DNA from: Nitrospirota bacterium
GTDB lineage: Bacteria; Nitrospirota; Thermodesulfovibrionia; Thermodesulfovibrionales; JdFR-86
Assembly (NCBI GenBank): GCA_963721805.1
Contig: CAVRJY010000002.1
Location: forward strand, 5,067 to 69,066
Direction: 5' to 3'
DNA: 64,000 nt
The first letter of the stretch is position 1, and every line of letters begins with the position of its first letter. Made by a program: the position numbers and the translations under genes. Shown here piece after piece: positions 1 to 11,269 of the stretch. The notes below the pieces were generated by a model, which was not told where the DNA came from, did no database searches, and worked only from the letters and a program-made list of their open reading frames with translations.

Positions 1-1316
1 TAAGTGATAGATTCATATCTTTGACTACATCTATGAATGCACCCCAAGCCATGAGTAAAGATCGCTGAAAAATGGCATACCTTATAATATCAGCAACATT
101 AGCAGCTCTCTCATCGCTTACGTCTTCTTCAAATTTATTGTAAATAATACTTGCTTCCTTATGGTTCTTTTCATCGCCGATAGGATTAAAATTAAGTATC
201 TGGTCAATAGCTATACCATAGTCAGCACTTTTTGGGTCCTTAGATTCCTTATCCTTTAATTCCTCCAGTTTGGTATTGAATATATTAAAAGCCTTTTTGT
301 ATTCTTTTGTTTTAAAAAAGACATCAAGTAAACATGGCACCAAGTATTTATTAATCTGAATTTCAAGTAATTTCTTCTGTGATAATGAGAACCGATCCCA
401 TTCGACTGGTTTTATTCCTTCTTCATTATAAAGCAGCTCATCTGGTAACTCTGAAAGATTTAGTATGTACTTCATCCTGTGTTTATCTTTTAAAACACTT
501 TCTGACAATGCTTTGTCCAAGACACCAATGCTCGACAGCGAATAATCTCTTTGAATAACAGTGGATTCCTTATCCTTTTTTGTATTCCACTCAATAACGG
601 CAAGCGCTCTATCCCCTAGGCCCTCGGTGTTCATGAGTTGATCGCAGAAATTCCTACAAGTTAAGTGGCTTAAATTTTTATCAGATAATAAAATATAAAA
701 ATGCCCGCCAACACGTTCGACAGTTTTATTAACATCAATAAACAAATGCCTAAATACATGTGGGACCGTAGGAAGAGATTTTAACTCAGATTCTTTTTCT
801 TTTGTAGAGTTTGGTGCAAAAAGTATGCAAACAGGCACTACAAGGTCTTTAATTACTGAGGGTTTGTTTTCATATATGTCTATTAATGCTTTGAGCCTGT
901 GTTGACCATCTATAATTACAAGTTTTGTTCCATACTTTTGATTGCCTTTAGCCATCCTAACTTCAGAAGCTGCAATCAGTGCCCTCTGTTTGTTCTCAAT
1001 CCTTTTCGCTGGCTAAATTTAAATCATACGCATCAGCACTTTGACTAGCTAGATAAGTTAATTTGAAGTGGCCTTTCCACTCGCGAACGACTAAGCCTTC
1101 AGCTGGCATAACGGTATCTCGTTCATCAGAATAATAATCTTGCATTTTATTCCCTATAACGGGGATAATTGCTGCAAGTAATGGAGGAAAAAATACGGTT
1201 GTGCGTTTTCTTTCAGGCTCAGTAACTTTTTCTGGGTTTGGAGAAATATATGGTTCTATCTCAGTTTCAACTCGACGCTCATCAATATCCCCTTTGAATA
1301 AGCATTTCAAAATCAA
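1..1316 (-). pseudogene. DGQHR-domain (DndB/ParB-like) protein; C-terminus cut by window edge; apparent frameshift near 1000
   Basis: My reverse translation of 955->1 gives MAKGNQKYGTKLVIIDGQHRLKALIDIYENK..., which contains the DGQHR motif. This ORF is absent from the supplied track because it has no stop inside the window. The frame stays open upstream (..RIENKQRALIAASEVR) and abuts ORF 996..1316 in another frame. Confidence 0.55.
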
Positions 1317-2236
1317 CTTTATCTTGTCTTATATCTCGTGCAAAAGAAAGGTCAGATTTAAGCTCGTGCGCAGTAAATGATGTCATAACGAACTCAAGCG
1401 GGAAAGAGTCTTTAGTTAAAAAGCGTCCGAAACTTCCATTTTTTTCAAAGTCATACTCCTTAGCTTCTTTTACCTTTCTTAACCCACTCTCCATCAGTCC
1501 TCCTAATACGTGTTGTTTATCTGAAACAGGCTTCGATAATGCCTGCAAATATTTCTCGAGTAATTTTAACACAACTTCATTGCTCTCACCTACCTTGAAA
1601 GGGATACAAGTAAAAACAAGGTCATCCCAATCAATTTCCGTCTTTTTAAGTCTACATCCAAACAAGCCCTCATCGGTCTCGTTTTCATAATTGGACATAT
1701 GTTGCAAGTATCTGTCATAAAGTGTTTGTTTTTTTGTAATCCCGACATAAATTGGCTGAGCAAAAAGGCTAATTCCTTCAATTAAGCGAAGAAGACTCAA
1801 GAAATTGTCGTGGGGTATGGCTGCGATTTTCGTCAATGAGTTCATATTGAGGCACTTTTGATGCTATGACTTTATATTTGTCTTTTAGGTGGTTCCCTTT
1901 ATCTATGCTACTCAGCTCGCCATTAAGGTCGGCACCTGCGATGAACTCAAATACTTTTCTAAGGCGACTAGCAAAAACTGTTTTTGCCATATCTAATTTC
2001 TCATCACTAAAAGTTGTTCGTCCAAGAAGCCCAAGTTTTTGAGGATTTATGAGGTTCAGATAAAAGGCATAAAGTCCTTGTGTTTTTGGGATGTCCTCTC
2101 TAGTAGAAGACCACGTATGACTTAATCTCCATGAATTAATATATATAACTAAGTGATTTAAAGCTACTCCGCCCAAACAATTAAGACTTCCACTCCAATT
2201 ATTGACACTTCCAAATGCTATATGATAGACTTCCAT
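1282..2236 (-). pseudogene. Hypothetical protein in two overlapping ORF pieces (1778..2236 and 1282..1845); probable frameshift near 1850; possibly fused to the DGQHR ORF
   Basis: The two ORFs overlap by 68 nt, and there is no RBS before the internal ATG at 1845. The segment PIYVGITKKQTLYDRYLQH is weakly reminiscent of a GIY-YIG core. A 35-nt overlap with the ORF 996..1316 start occurs at a GGGG run. Confidence 0.35.
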
Positions 2237-2252
2237 CGTATGGAGGATTGAA

Positions 2253-3347
2253 ATGCAAACTTACGAATAGTTTTTACGGCACTAAAAGGAAAACAAGCTG
2301 GACGAGACTACTTCGTGGTCATGTGTCCCCTTAAGCTAGTCCCAAAGATTTTGCTCTTTCAGGAGGAGGAACTGCCTCCCGAGCTCCGAGCACAGCGAGT
2401 GCTGAACAAAGCCCGTGTACCAGAAATAGCTAACTACGTTACTTCAAATAGAACTAATTATATTTTCTCTTCGATTACGGCATCAATTGACGCAAAAGTT
2501 ATTTTTGACAACCTTAAACTTGCTGACGAAACACTGGAAGATATTGGCAAGCTAAGGGTTCCAATGGATGCTAGGATTCTGGTTAACGATGGGCAACATA
2601 GACGTGCTGCCATAGAAGAAGCATTGAAGGAACATCCTGATTTAGGTGACGAGACAATATCTGTTGTTTTTTTTATAGATGTTGGACTGAAGAAAAGCCA
2701 GCAGATGTTCGCTGACCTCAATAAACATGCTATCAGGCCCACTAGATCCATAGGTATACTTTATGACCATCGTGACCCACTTTCAATGTTCAGCAAAAGA
2801 TATCGTTGATAAGGTAGCAATGTTCAGAAACTTAACTGAAATGGAAAAAACAACGATTTCTAACCGATCCACCAAGTTGTTCACTTTAAGCGGTATATAT
2901 CAAGGAACACTTAGTCTCCTTGGAAAAACAAATAAATCTAATTCAATAACTGATGAGGAATGGTCCTTGGCTATCGAATATTGGACTCATGTTGCTGAGA
3001 CTTTTAGTGACTGGAAACTTGCTGCCAAAAAAGCCGTAAGCACCTTCGAACTCAGGAGAGACTACATACATTCACACGCGCTTGCCCTTCATGCAATTGG
3101 TAGACTTGGATTTAGTCTTTTATCCACGCCTAACAAGGACTACAAGAAAGAACTGAAGAAGTTAGGCAAAATTGATTGGGCGAGAAAGAATCAAGCTTTG
3201 TGGGAAGGGCGAGCAATGATTGGGGGTAAAATCAGTAAATCCCATATATGCGTCATGCTGACAACTAATCTTCTTAAAAATAAGTTTGGATTAGAATTAA
3301 ATCCTGATGAAAGAGAAGCAGAGGAAATCTTTTTGAAAAATGCTTAA
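2253..3347 (+). pseudogene. dndB: DndB (DNA phosphorothioation regulator, DGQHR family) with at least 2 frameshifts (~2268, ~2790)
   Basis: Characteristic segments: FTALKGKQAGRDYFVVMCPLKLVPKI..RAQRVLNKARVPEIANYV..VNDGQHRRAAI..YDHRDPLS, then (other frame) AKDIVDKVAMFRNLTEMEKTTISNRSTKLFTLSGIY. The ATG at 2253 (MQTYE) is in a third frame. Confidence 0.8.
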
Positions 3348-4738
3348 GCAATCGAAAGATAGATTTCACTGAGATAATTGAACACATAAAGAAGGTTTAT
3401 ATAACCTATAATCGTCCCCTAATTATTGGCTTTTCAGGGGGGAAAGATTCTACTTTAACCCTTCAACTAGTTTGGGAAGCGATAGAGCAACTTGATAGGA
3501 CTCAGCTTAAGCAACACATATATGTCATAACTACAGACACCTTAGTTGAAACGCCCTATATCCAGGCGTTTATCCTTGAGAATATCGCAAACATTAACAA
3601 GAAGGCAAAGGAGCGTGATCTCCCAATAACAGCCCAGATACTTTTGCCAGATTTAGGGGATAGCTTCTGGGTTAATCTTATTGGGAAAGGGTATCCTGCA
3701 CCTTCACGAATGTTCAGATGGTGCACTGAAAGGCTAAAGATTGAGCCAGTTGATCGGTTTATTAGGGAGCATGTCGATAAATGGGGAGAGGCTACTGTAG
3801 TCATTGGGGCACGAAGAGGTCGAGTTCCTCAAGAAGTCAGGTGCTTAGCAATAAAGCACGTGATCCTTTAGGACTATCAAAACATATATCACTACCAGCT
3901 GCCTATGTATATACTCCCATCGAACATTTATCTAACGATGACGTTTGGCAATATCTTACAGCCGAGGACAATATTTGGGGGATGGATAACAAAATAATTT
4001 CTCGACTATATCAAAGTGCTGCTGGTGGTGAATGCCCAATGGTTCTTGATACGTCAACGCCATGGTGTGGGAAATAGTAGGTTTGGCTGCTGGTCATGTA
4101 CTGTTGTTCAAAAAGACCTCTCAATGGAGGATCTCATCGATATGGGCGAGAAATGGATGCAACCTCTCCTTAGCTTTAGAAACTTACTTTCAAGCACCCA
4201 AGACCCTGCAATTAAACACAAATTCAGGAGTCATAAAAGACGTGATGGTCGTATCGCGTTAGTGCGAGACAAATCAAAATTATCATATGGGCCCTATAAA
4301 TTTGAATGGAGGAAAGAGTTCCTTAAGGAGCTTCTTCGGGCACAGAACTGATAAGAGCTAACGGTCCAGATCCATCAGCTGTACTTATAACCCGAGAAGA
4401 GTTAGATCATATTCGAAATATATGGAAAGAGGAGGATTATGACTGGGAAGATTCCGTCCCTAGTATATATAAAGAAATAACAGGTAAAGATCTCTATTTT
4501 GAGAAAGATGATGGAGTCAATCTGACCGTCGAGGGATCTAGAGCTTCTCACGGAAATATGTGAGAGTCATCACGTACCAATTGGTCTTGTAGCAAAGCTT
4601 ATAGATCAAGAGCGCAAAATGCAAGGTATTAGCAGGCGTGTTGGTGTATTAAACAATATAGATAAAATATTTTCTGAGGACTGGGAATCTGAAGAAGAAG
4701 CTATAGTTGCACTTGAGGCTCAAAATGCTACTGAATAA
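3340..4738 (+). pseudogene. dndC: DndC (PAPS-reductase-like ATP pyrophosphatase) broken by about 5 frameshifts (~3358, ~3818, ~4072, ~4345, ~4538)
   Basis: My translation across frames gives LIIGFSGGKDSTLTLQLVW, FRWCTERLKIEP, ECPMVLDTSTP, NSRFGCWSCTVVQKD, LITREELDHIRNIW and HHVPIGLVAKLIDQERK. The supplied track shows only the pieces 3644..3871, 3781..4077 and 4016..4351. Confidence 0.8.
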
Positions 4739-6723
4739 GATAATTGTCAACAACCTCGGAGTTTTTTCTGGAAGGCACGTAATTGATCTTACTCCAAGGG
4801 TTTATAAGGAGAAAGTGCGTCCTATAATTCTGTTTGGTGGAATGAACGGATCAGGTAAAACAACGATCTTTGATGCCATTAAATTATGCTTCTATGGGGC
4901 TGAAGCATTTGAGTCAACAAAGGATGCTGTTTACAAGAAATATCTTAAGGAGAAGATCAACTCATCTAACAACTCCTTAATTAAAGCTGCTAACGCTTCG
5001 ATTGCCATTGAGTTCGAGCACTCGTCATTCGGAGAGAAAAATACCTATTGTATTGAGCGGTACTGGGAGAAGCAGAAAGAGACTATTAATGAATATCTTA
5101 ATATCAAGAAAAATGGATCTCCAATTGATGAAATTGATAAAACTAATTGGCAGACATTCATAAAAGAATTGATCCCCGTTGGACTCTCACAACTATTTTT
5201 CTTTGATGGTGAAAAGATTCAGAAAATCATGAATGATGAAGATAACTCTGAGTTAAAGAAATCGATAATGACCCTGCTTGGATTAGACCTAATTGAAAGA
5301 TTGCAGTCTGACCTTAAAATATATAAAAGAGAGTTACACAAGAAAAGCACTGATTCTGGTCTAGTTGCTGAAATAGAGTCAGTGGAGCTCGAAATGAAAC
5401 AAGTTACGCGTGAATTACATAAACACAAAGAAGCTCTTGTAACATATCAAGGTGAAGCAGATGATGTTGAAGAACGAATTAAAGCTTGTGAAAATAGGAT
5501 AAACGAACAAGGTGGCGGATATTTCGAGCGGAAAGATGACATATCAAATCAAAAGAATGAGAAAGAAAGAGAACTTGAGACTCTGACTGATGAGATAAGG
5601 AAAATAGCGTCTGGGTTACTACCTCTTGCTATTGTCGGAAAGCTGGCCAGTAAGCTCCGGAATCAGCTAATTGCTGAAGAGGAGCACCAAACGATAAAGA
5701 ATGCCCATAATATTCTCATGTGTAAACTTGGGTCTAATCAAGATGCATTCAATCGATTAAGAGGAGCAACCGTATCAAATAGCATCGAATTCCAGAAGTC
5801 TCTTGTAGAACTAATTGATCAAATTCTCTCAACTACCGAAGAGGCAGTCGAAGTCAATGAAATCCACAATTTATCGATAAATCAAATCAACCAAATCCGT
5901 AGCGATATCGCCTATGCTACAACAGAATTACCAGCACATCTAATTAAAATAACTAAACATTATGAGGCTACGTACAGAGAACTACAGGATATTCATTCTA
6001 AACTCGCTGGAGTTCCATCAAATGATTTAATGCAGCCGCTATACGAAAAGCTTGCCTTATTAAATAAAGAACTTGGTGGCTTTGTTGTGTTAATTAAGCA
6101 GGAGAATGAAACTATAGCAACACTTGAATTTAAACTTATAGAGCTTGACCGGAAAACGAATAAGATTCATGATAAAATATTATCAAACAAATCAAAACAA
6201 ACAAAATTGGGCCTCATTGAAAAAACAAATGCGGTCTTTGCTGCTTACTACAAGAAGCTTAGCAAAAGTAAAATAATGAAGCTTCAATCTGAGTTCTTTA
6301 ATATCTTTCTATCTTTACACAGAAAAGAAGATCTCATAAGCAAGATTGAAATAAACCCAGATACGTTTGATATATATATCTATGATAAATATGGATCCAA
6401 AATTAATAAGAATAGACTGTCATCGGGAGAACTTGAGATATATGCTATTTCAATGGTTTGGGCTTTAGCTAGAAATATCCGGTCAAAATCTCCCTTTTGC
6501 AGTAGATACTCCTCTAGCAAGACTTGACTCAAAGCATAGGGATAATCTTATAAAACAGTTTTTCCCCAATGCTTCTCATCAGATGCTTATATTTTCCACG
6601 GATACAGAAGTCGACAAAAAGTACTTTGAGTTATTAGAACCTTTTGTAGCAAAAGCATATAGATTCGAGTACTCTGACGTCGATAAACAATCTAAAATAT
6701 CACAAGGTTACTTTTGGGAGTGA
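4725..6723 (+). pseudogene. dndD: DndD (SMC/ABC-like ATPase) with one frameshift near 6472
   Basis: MLLNKIIVNNLGVFSG..FGGMNGSGKTTIFDAIKLCFYG (Walker A), long coiled-coil middle, LSSGELEIYAISMVWALA. The tail EISGQNLPFAVDTPLARLDSKHRDNLIKQFFPNASHQMLIFSTDTEV reads only in another frame, down to the TGA at 6721-6723. Confidence 0.8.
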
Positions 6724-6725
6724 TT

Positions 6726-7121
6726 ATGAACTTTAAGCGCATTAAACTATCAGAAAACTCAACAAAGAGACTACAGCTTTTTAAAGCTAGAACAGGTTTA
6801 ACTCCAAACGTTGCGTGTAGGATTGCCTTGGGATTGTCTCTCTCTCAGAATAATCCTCCACCCCTCGAACTTTATACCGAGGAATCAGGCCAAGAAATAA
6901 ACAAGTATACTTTGTTTGGTGAACATGAACAGATATTAATCGCTTTATTCTCTCAGTGGTGTCATGAAAACAACATTGATGACAATAAGTCTTATAGCTA
7001 TTTAATTGCCCATATCAATTATGGGGTTGAGTTACTGGTTAATCGGGTAAAAAGTCTTGCTGATATTTCCAATTTGGTATCCGGCTTATCGGAGAATTGT
7101 ATTCGCATTATTAACCATTAA
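6726..7121 (+). CDS. dndE: DndE
   Basis: MNFKRIKLSENSTKRLQLFKARTGLTPNVACRIALGLSLS is a typical DndE N-terminus. The gene sits immediately after dndD and is the only dnd gene that reads intact. Confidence 0.75.
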   Translation: MNFKRIKLSENSTKRLQLFKARTGLTPNVACRIALGLSLSQNNPPPLELYTEESGQEINKYTLFGEHEQILIALFSQWCHENNIDDNKSYSYLIAHINYGVELLVNRVKSLADISNLVSGLSENCIRIINH

Positions 7122-7172
7122 CTTTGTTTATAGTTTTTTGCCCTCCATCCCACGGATGCGGTAAAATTCCGT

Positions 7173-8142
7173 ATGCCATCCTCACCCAAGAAGAAACCTA
7201 AGAAGTATATCCCGCTCCAATGGGTCGTTGAATCCATCATGGATGAGCCAAGCTATATCCAGACGGTCGATGTTCGGATGCCAGGCCTGTTATCTCCATG
7301 GGCGATTAATGCTGCTGCTTACCTCTGGTGAAGAACCTTGGAATGGCTTATTGATTGCGACCGATCATGAGTCCCATGCCAGCATCAAGAAAGACTTCAT
7401 TACCGTTGTCCAGCACACCGTCCTGAAGAAATGGTTATATCTGCCGGAAGCGACTGAGGACTTTGAAACTGTGGCTTCGGAAATCGTTGAAACGATCAGG
7501 ATGAATGACCAAAGGTTCGGGGTGGAGCCGAAGGTAAAGAAGAAACGGAGCGAAGCCATGACTGAACCTCTCATCCAATATCGTAAAGCTACCTCTGCTG
7601 ACTTCGAGGGTATTCTCCGCCTCCAGCACCAAAATCTTATAACTTCACTCCAAGAGGAAGATTTATCCCAGGGGTTTTTATCTATGAAGTTCACGAGGGA
7701 GCAACTGCATACGGTTAGCAGTGAGCTTGGTATTTTTATTGCCCTTCATGACAAGGAAGTCATTGGATACCTGATGGCTGAATCAATTGAATTTGCGATT
7801 GGGTCACCCTTGATAGCTCATCTGCTCAAACGACTGAATAAAATCTTATCTGACGATGTTCCATGTTGTATGTTTGTTTATGGCCCTGTCTGTATCGACA
7901 AGCAATACCGGGGAACAGGAGTACTGGATGGAATGTTCAACTTAATGCTCCAGACATTGAAGGGGCAATATGAGGTAGGCATAGCATTTGTATCAGCACT
8001 GAATGCTCGGTCGTTCAAGGCTCATCATGATAAACTCGGGATGAAATTGGTTGATGAGTTTGAGTTCAATGGGCAACAGTTTAGGACCTTGATGTTTCGG
8101 CTAGATGAAATCGCAGGTGAGGGAGTTTCAGACGGACTTTGA
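7173..8142 (+). pseudogene. TfoX-N-like domain fused to a GNAT acetyltransferase; likely frameshift near 7265
   Basis: The ATG at 7173 gives MPSSPKKKPKKYIPLQWVVESIMDEPSYIQT. The next frame continues RSMFGCQACYLHGRLMLLLTSGEEPWNGLLIATDHESH. The C-terminus has the GNAT motif QYRGTGVLDGMF. Confidence 0.5.
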
Positions 8143-8364
8143 TACCCGGACAATCGTGGATGAGGCTGATTGAAGGCTTAAGGGCTATCTGAGGACGGTA
8201 CAGAGCCCGGATATTGTGGTTTGTCTGACAGATAGCACTCTCATTTCAAAGGGTTAGAGCATGGCAATTGTAGTACACAAAGAATATAATAGGCTCATCA
8301 GTGATTTCCAAACCGAGAAGTCTGCTCTGGCAGCTCAACAATCAACCCAAAGGAGTACACCATC

Positions 8365-8547
8365 ATGGCAATGAACGTAGAGATAAAAGGCGACAAACTC
8401 GTTATCGAAATTGATCTGGAGAAACCAACGCCATCAGCATCTGGTAAGACTCTTGTTGTTGCCAGCTCGCGTGGGAATACCGTGACCACTGCCAAAGTGG
8501 ATGGGAAGCCAATCATAATTGGGTTGAATGCTTATATTAAGCCCTAG
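8365..8547 (+). CDS. Small hypothetical protein (60 aa)
   Basis: A good RBS (AAAGGAG) lies 9 nt upstream of the ATG. The ORF is compact, with no recognisable motif. Confidence 0.45.
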   Translation: MAMNVEIKGDKLVIEIDLEKPTPSASGKTLVVASSRGNTVTTAKVDGKPIIIGLNAYIKP

Positions 8548-8563
8548 ATAACGATAATAGAGT

Positions 8564-8839
8564 ATGGACAATCAGCCAGATATTGATGAAGTCCTTGGGA
8601 TAACACGATGTGTCCAGTGCGGACATCGGCTGGATCACGAGATTGAATGTCCTTTTTGTTCTATTGTTCAGCAATCCAAGGGCATGGATGCCTTGCCCAA
8701 GTGGATCTTGATTACAGCATGTTTCCTGACTTCTCCACTCAGCATCTGGTTTATTCTCAGGAACAAACAGTTGAATTCCATGGAAAAGGCCCTGACCGTT
8801 TCAGGATGCCTCCTGTGGGCTTGGTTATACTGGCGATGA
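8564..8839 (+). CDS. Zinc-ribbon membrane protein (91 aa)
   Basis: CVQCGHRLDHEIECPFCS is a CxxC..CxxC motif. It is followed by two hydrophobic segments. Confidence 0.45.
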   Translation: MDNQPDIDEVLGITRCVQCGHRLDHEIECPFCSIVQQSKGMDALPKWILITACFLTSPLSIWFILRNKQLNSMEKALTVSGCLLWAWLYWR

Positions 8840-8910
8840 CATTATAGGTATTGACCACTGCCAATCGGATTAGATGTTTGGACTCCTCCGAAATAGAAGG
8901 CATATAGAGA

Positions 8911-9510
8911 TTAATCTCCTAACATTAATTTGAGCCGTTTTTTGGGATTGTCGAATCTCACGTTTTTTGCATCGAAATATTCGGGTTTGAAATCACCGTC
9001 AGCCCATTCAATATATTCCTGATAGTGTTCATTCTCAGGATCCATTATTGCTTCAATGAATTCTTCGTATCCCCAAATTCCGCCACAATCTTCAGGAGGA
9101 CATGCTCTCTCACCTCCGATACAGATAGGATATTTAACCTTAGGTTCCCTTGGCATAATCTTTTCCAGAACTATCGAGTGATTCCAGTTGTCGCCAAAGT
9201 CGTAAATATAATTTGCCCGTTTATGCTTATCGTTGAAGTATTCAACTATTTTATGCTCCCAGCCGGGTAGAACTTCTCTATCATCCCATTCCTCAGCAGG
9301 TATCCCGATCTCCTCTTTCTTTCGTGATTTTGGATTTATAATCTCGAAATTATGAAGATGAGAATCCGTCCATCCCATGCTATTTTGTATCGCTACGTGC
9401 AGGTCCCAGAACGTATAATCTTCAGGAACGATTATTCGACGCCAGATAGGGGGTTTGCTTCCAGTGAGGGTTATCTTGAACTGAAACACATTTTCATATT
9501 TCTTGGGCAT
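8911..9510 (-). CDS. Plasmid pRiA4b ORF-3-like family protein
   Basis: FQFKITLTGSKPPIWRRIIVPEDYTFWDLHVAIQNSMGWTDSHLHNFEI is the family signature. I prefer the MPKKYENV start at 9510 because an AGGAGG lies 8 nt upstream. Confidence 0.7.
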   Translation of the reverse strand: MPKKYENVFQFKITLTGSKPPIWRRIIVPEDYTFWDLHVAIQNSMGWTDSHLHNFEIINPKSRKKEEIGIPAEEWDDREVLPGWEHKIVEYFNDKHKRANYIYDFGDNWNHSIVLEKIMPREPKVKYPICIGGERACPPEDCGGIWGYEEFIEAIMDPENEHYQEYIEWADGDFKPEYFDAKNVRFDNPKKRLKLMLGD

Positions 9511-9578
9511 CCCGGCACCCCTCCTGATTTTGTCTGAATATAGCATATGATCTTATGGATGCTCAAGATATTTTCTAT

Positions 9579-9628
9579 ATGACCGCTTCATCGCATATGT
9601 GCTCCAAGGCTTGGGATAGAGAGAAAAT
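9579..9628 (+). repeat. Direct repeat copy 1 (ATGACCGCTTCAtCGC..TGtGCTCCA..GGGAT..)
   Basis: By-eye alignment to 9937-9985. The two copies bracket ~300 bp that contain a strong hairpin: GAGGGACG..CGTCCCTC followed by a T-run, ~9772-9836. Confidence 0.5.
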
Positions 9629-9936
9629 TGAATGTGATTACGACTAAATTTTCAGTCGCTGTCCTTCACAAAGGTTTCATTATTCCTTCATTTGGTCTTC
9701 AAAGTATTTTGGTAAACTTTTTATATAGGATCACCGCTAGATATTATTAAAACAGGCATCATCTCCAACTCCCTTTTGAGGGACGTATTCCAGGGAACCC
9801 CTCCCCCTGCAATGCGTCCCTCAACCTTTTTTAACCGGACGCGATAGCTGTTCATTTTTGGACGACCTTTCTTGGTGTTCGTTAGGTTTTGATTTTTGAT
9901 TCGATTAGGAGTTTAAATGCTGAATGGATAGATCCA

Positions 9937-9985
9937 ATGACCGCTTCAACGCTATGGGCTCCACGGGGATGGAAGGGGGGAAAAG
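9937..9985 (+). repeat. Direct repeat copy 2
   Basis: ATGACCGCTTCAACGCTATGGGCTCCACGGGGATGGAAGGGGGGAAAAG aligns with 9579-9628. Confidence 0.5.
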
Positions 9986-10651
9986 CTACACGTAAATGAT
10001 GACCTCGAAATTACTAAATACGAATAATTCCTTTGGATTAATCTTAGTGAATTGAGCGATATACGGTTCTGCTCTTAGACGTAGGAAATCAGCAAATGTA
10101 TTGGCTAAATAAACACTACGCTGTTTAAGGTGGGATACCCTTATAAGGTTTTGAGTTTCACTTTTTGTGCTATCTGGATGCTCTATGAGCTTATCTGCTT
10201 GGTCATGAAGCATATTGGCCCGGACCCAGAGCTTGCGGAAATCATTATCAAGCGTCCCGAGTACTACCTCAGACTTGTTGATGTATTTTTTAAGATCTTT
10301 TTCGGGGTTTTTATTGCGGTTTACAAATCCAAAGGAAAATTGCTGTGTGGCTATAGTGCTTGTAAGATAGGCGAAATCAAGTTCTGGAATGTCATCTTCT
10401 ATGCGACTAATTTCAGCAGAGACAAAATCATCCTCTGTGTTTCCTAATGCGAGAATTGGTTTCTGATAGCCATTATAGAATTCTAGCCCTTTATTTATCA
10501 TGTGAAACAGATGATCACATTCTAAGTTTGCGTTATCCTTGTGTCTGCTTATGAGCGGTAATAAAGCTTGAATCCTATCGTGACAAGTTTTGCATACCTC
10601 ATATGTGATCGTGCCTGTTACCATTTGAGTGTTTCCGTTTTCGTTCGACAT
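9986..10651 (-). CDS. Hypothetical protein (221 aa)
   Basis: Long ORF with a TAGGAGA RBS. I recognise no motif. Confidence 0.5.
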   Translation of the reverse strand: MSNENGNTQMVTGTITYEVCKTCHDRIQALLPLISRHKDNANLECDHLFHMINKGLEFYNGYQKPILALGNTEDDFVSAEISRIEDDIPELDFAYLTSTIATQQFSFGFVNRNKNPEKDLKKYINKSEVVLGTLDNDFRKLWVRANMLHDQADKLIEHPDSTKSETQNLIRVSHLKQRSVYLANTFADFLRLRAEPYIAQFTKINPKELFVFSNFEVIIYV

Positions 10652-10868
10652 TACTTGTGATTCTCCTAAATTCGATATTTATGGTTATAGCTCTAAGTGC
10701 TATTCCGTTTTTCACTGCGTTCCCTGCTTCGGTCTTCTGTTGAATATCATCCAGACATTATCGATATTTCCTTTTTTGCTGGTTCTGGTGGTTGCTTGCT
10801 TTTGACATGCTATCAATCTCTACTTATATGTACCCTGTAGGTCAATTTATAATTTATTTCTGTCAGCT

Positions 10869-11060
10869 CTACTGTTCTAATGGGTTATCTTCAACGAATT
10901 TTAGCAATACTATTCTGGCGATTGAAGAGGCGGTTTCTACTACATCGGGATTACGTTTATTCAGATCAGCTGCCAACTTTCTGAAAAAATGAACTGAAGT
11001 TTTAGGGATTGAGGTCTTAAATGGTACTAACGATGATTGAGATTCTGATTCTTCTGACAT
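10869..11060 (-). CDS. Small ribbon-helix-helix-like protein (63 aa)
   Basis: An AAGGAGG RBS precedes the start. The pattern is beta strand (FKTSIPKTS) followed by two helices (VHFFRKLAADL, SSIARIVLLKFVED). Confidence 0.4.
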   Translation of the reverse strand: MSEESESQSSLVPFKTSIPKTSVHFFRKLAADLNKRNPDVVETASSIARIVLLKFVEDNPLEQ

Positions 11061-11269
11061 TGTGATGTTCCTCCTTGGGGTGATTATTCAAGCTGATCCT
11101 AAAAAGCTTGGTCGTATATTTGTTCATGCGTCCGAGGGGAAGCGTCTCACTTTGTGCATATCTCACGGTCGAACGCTGTTGCTAGGGATCTGGCTTTTAT
11201 ACTTTGTTCGGGAGTGCTCGATTTTAAAATAATCTGATGCGGGATTCCATCAGCACAGATAGCCATTAA

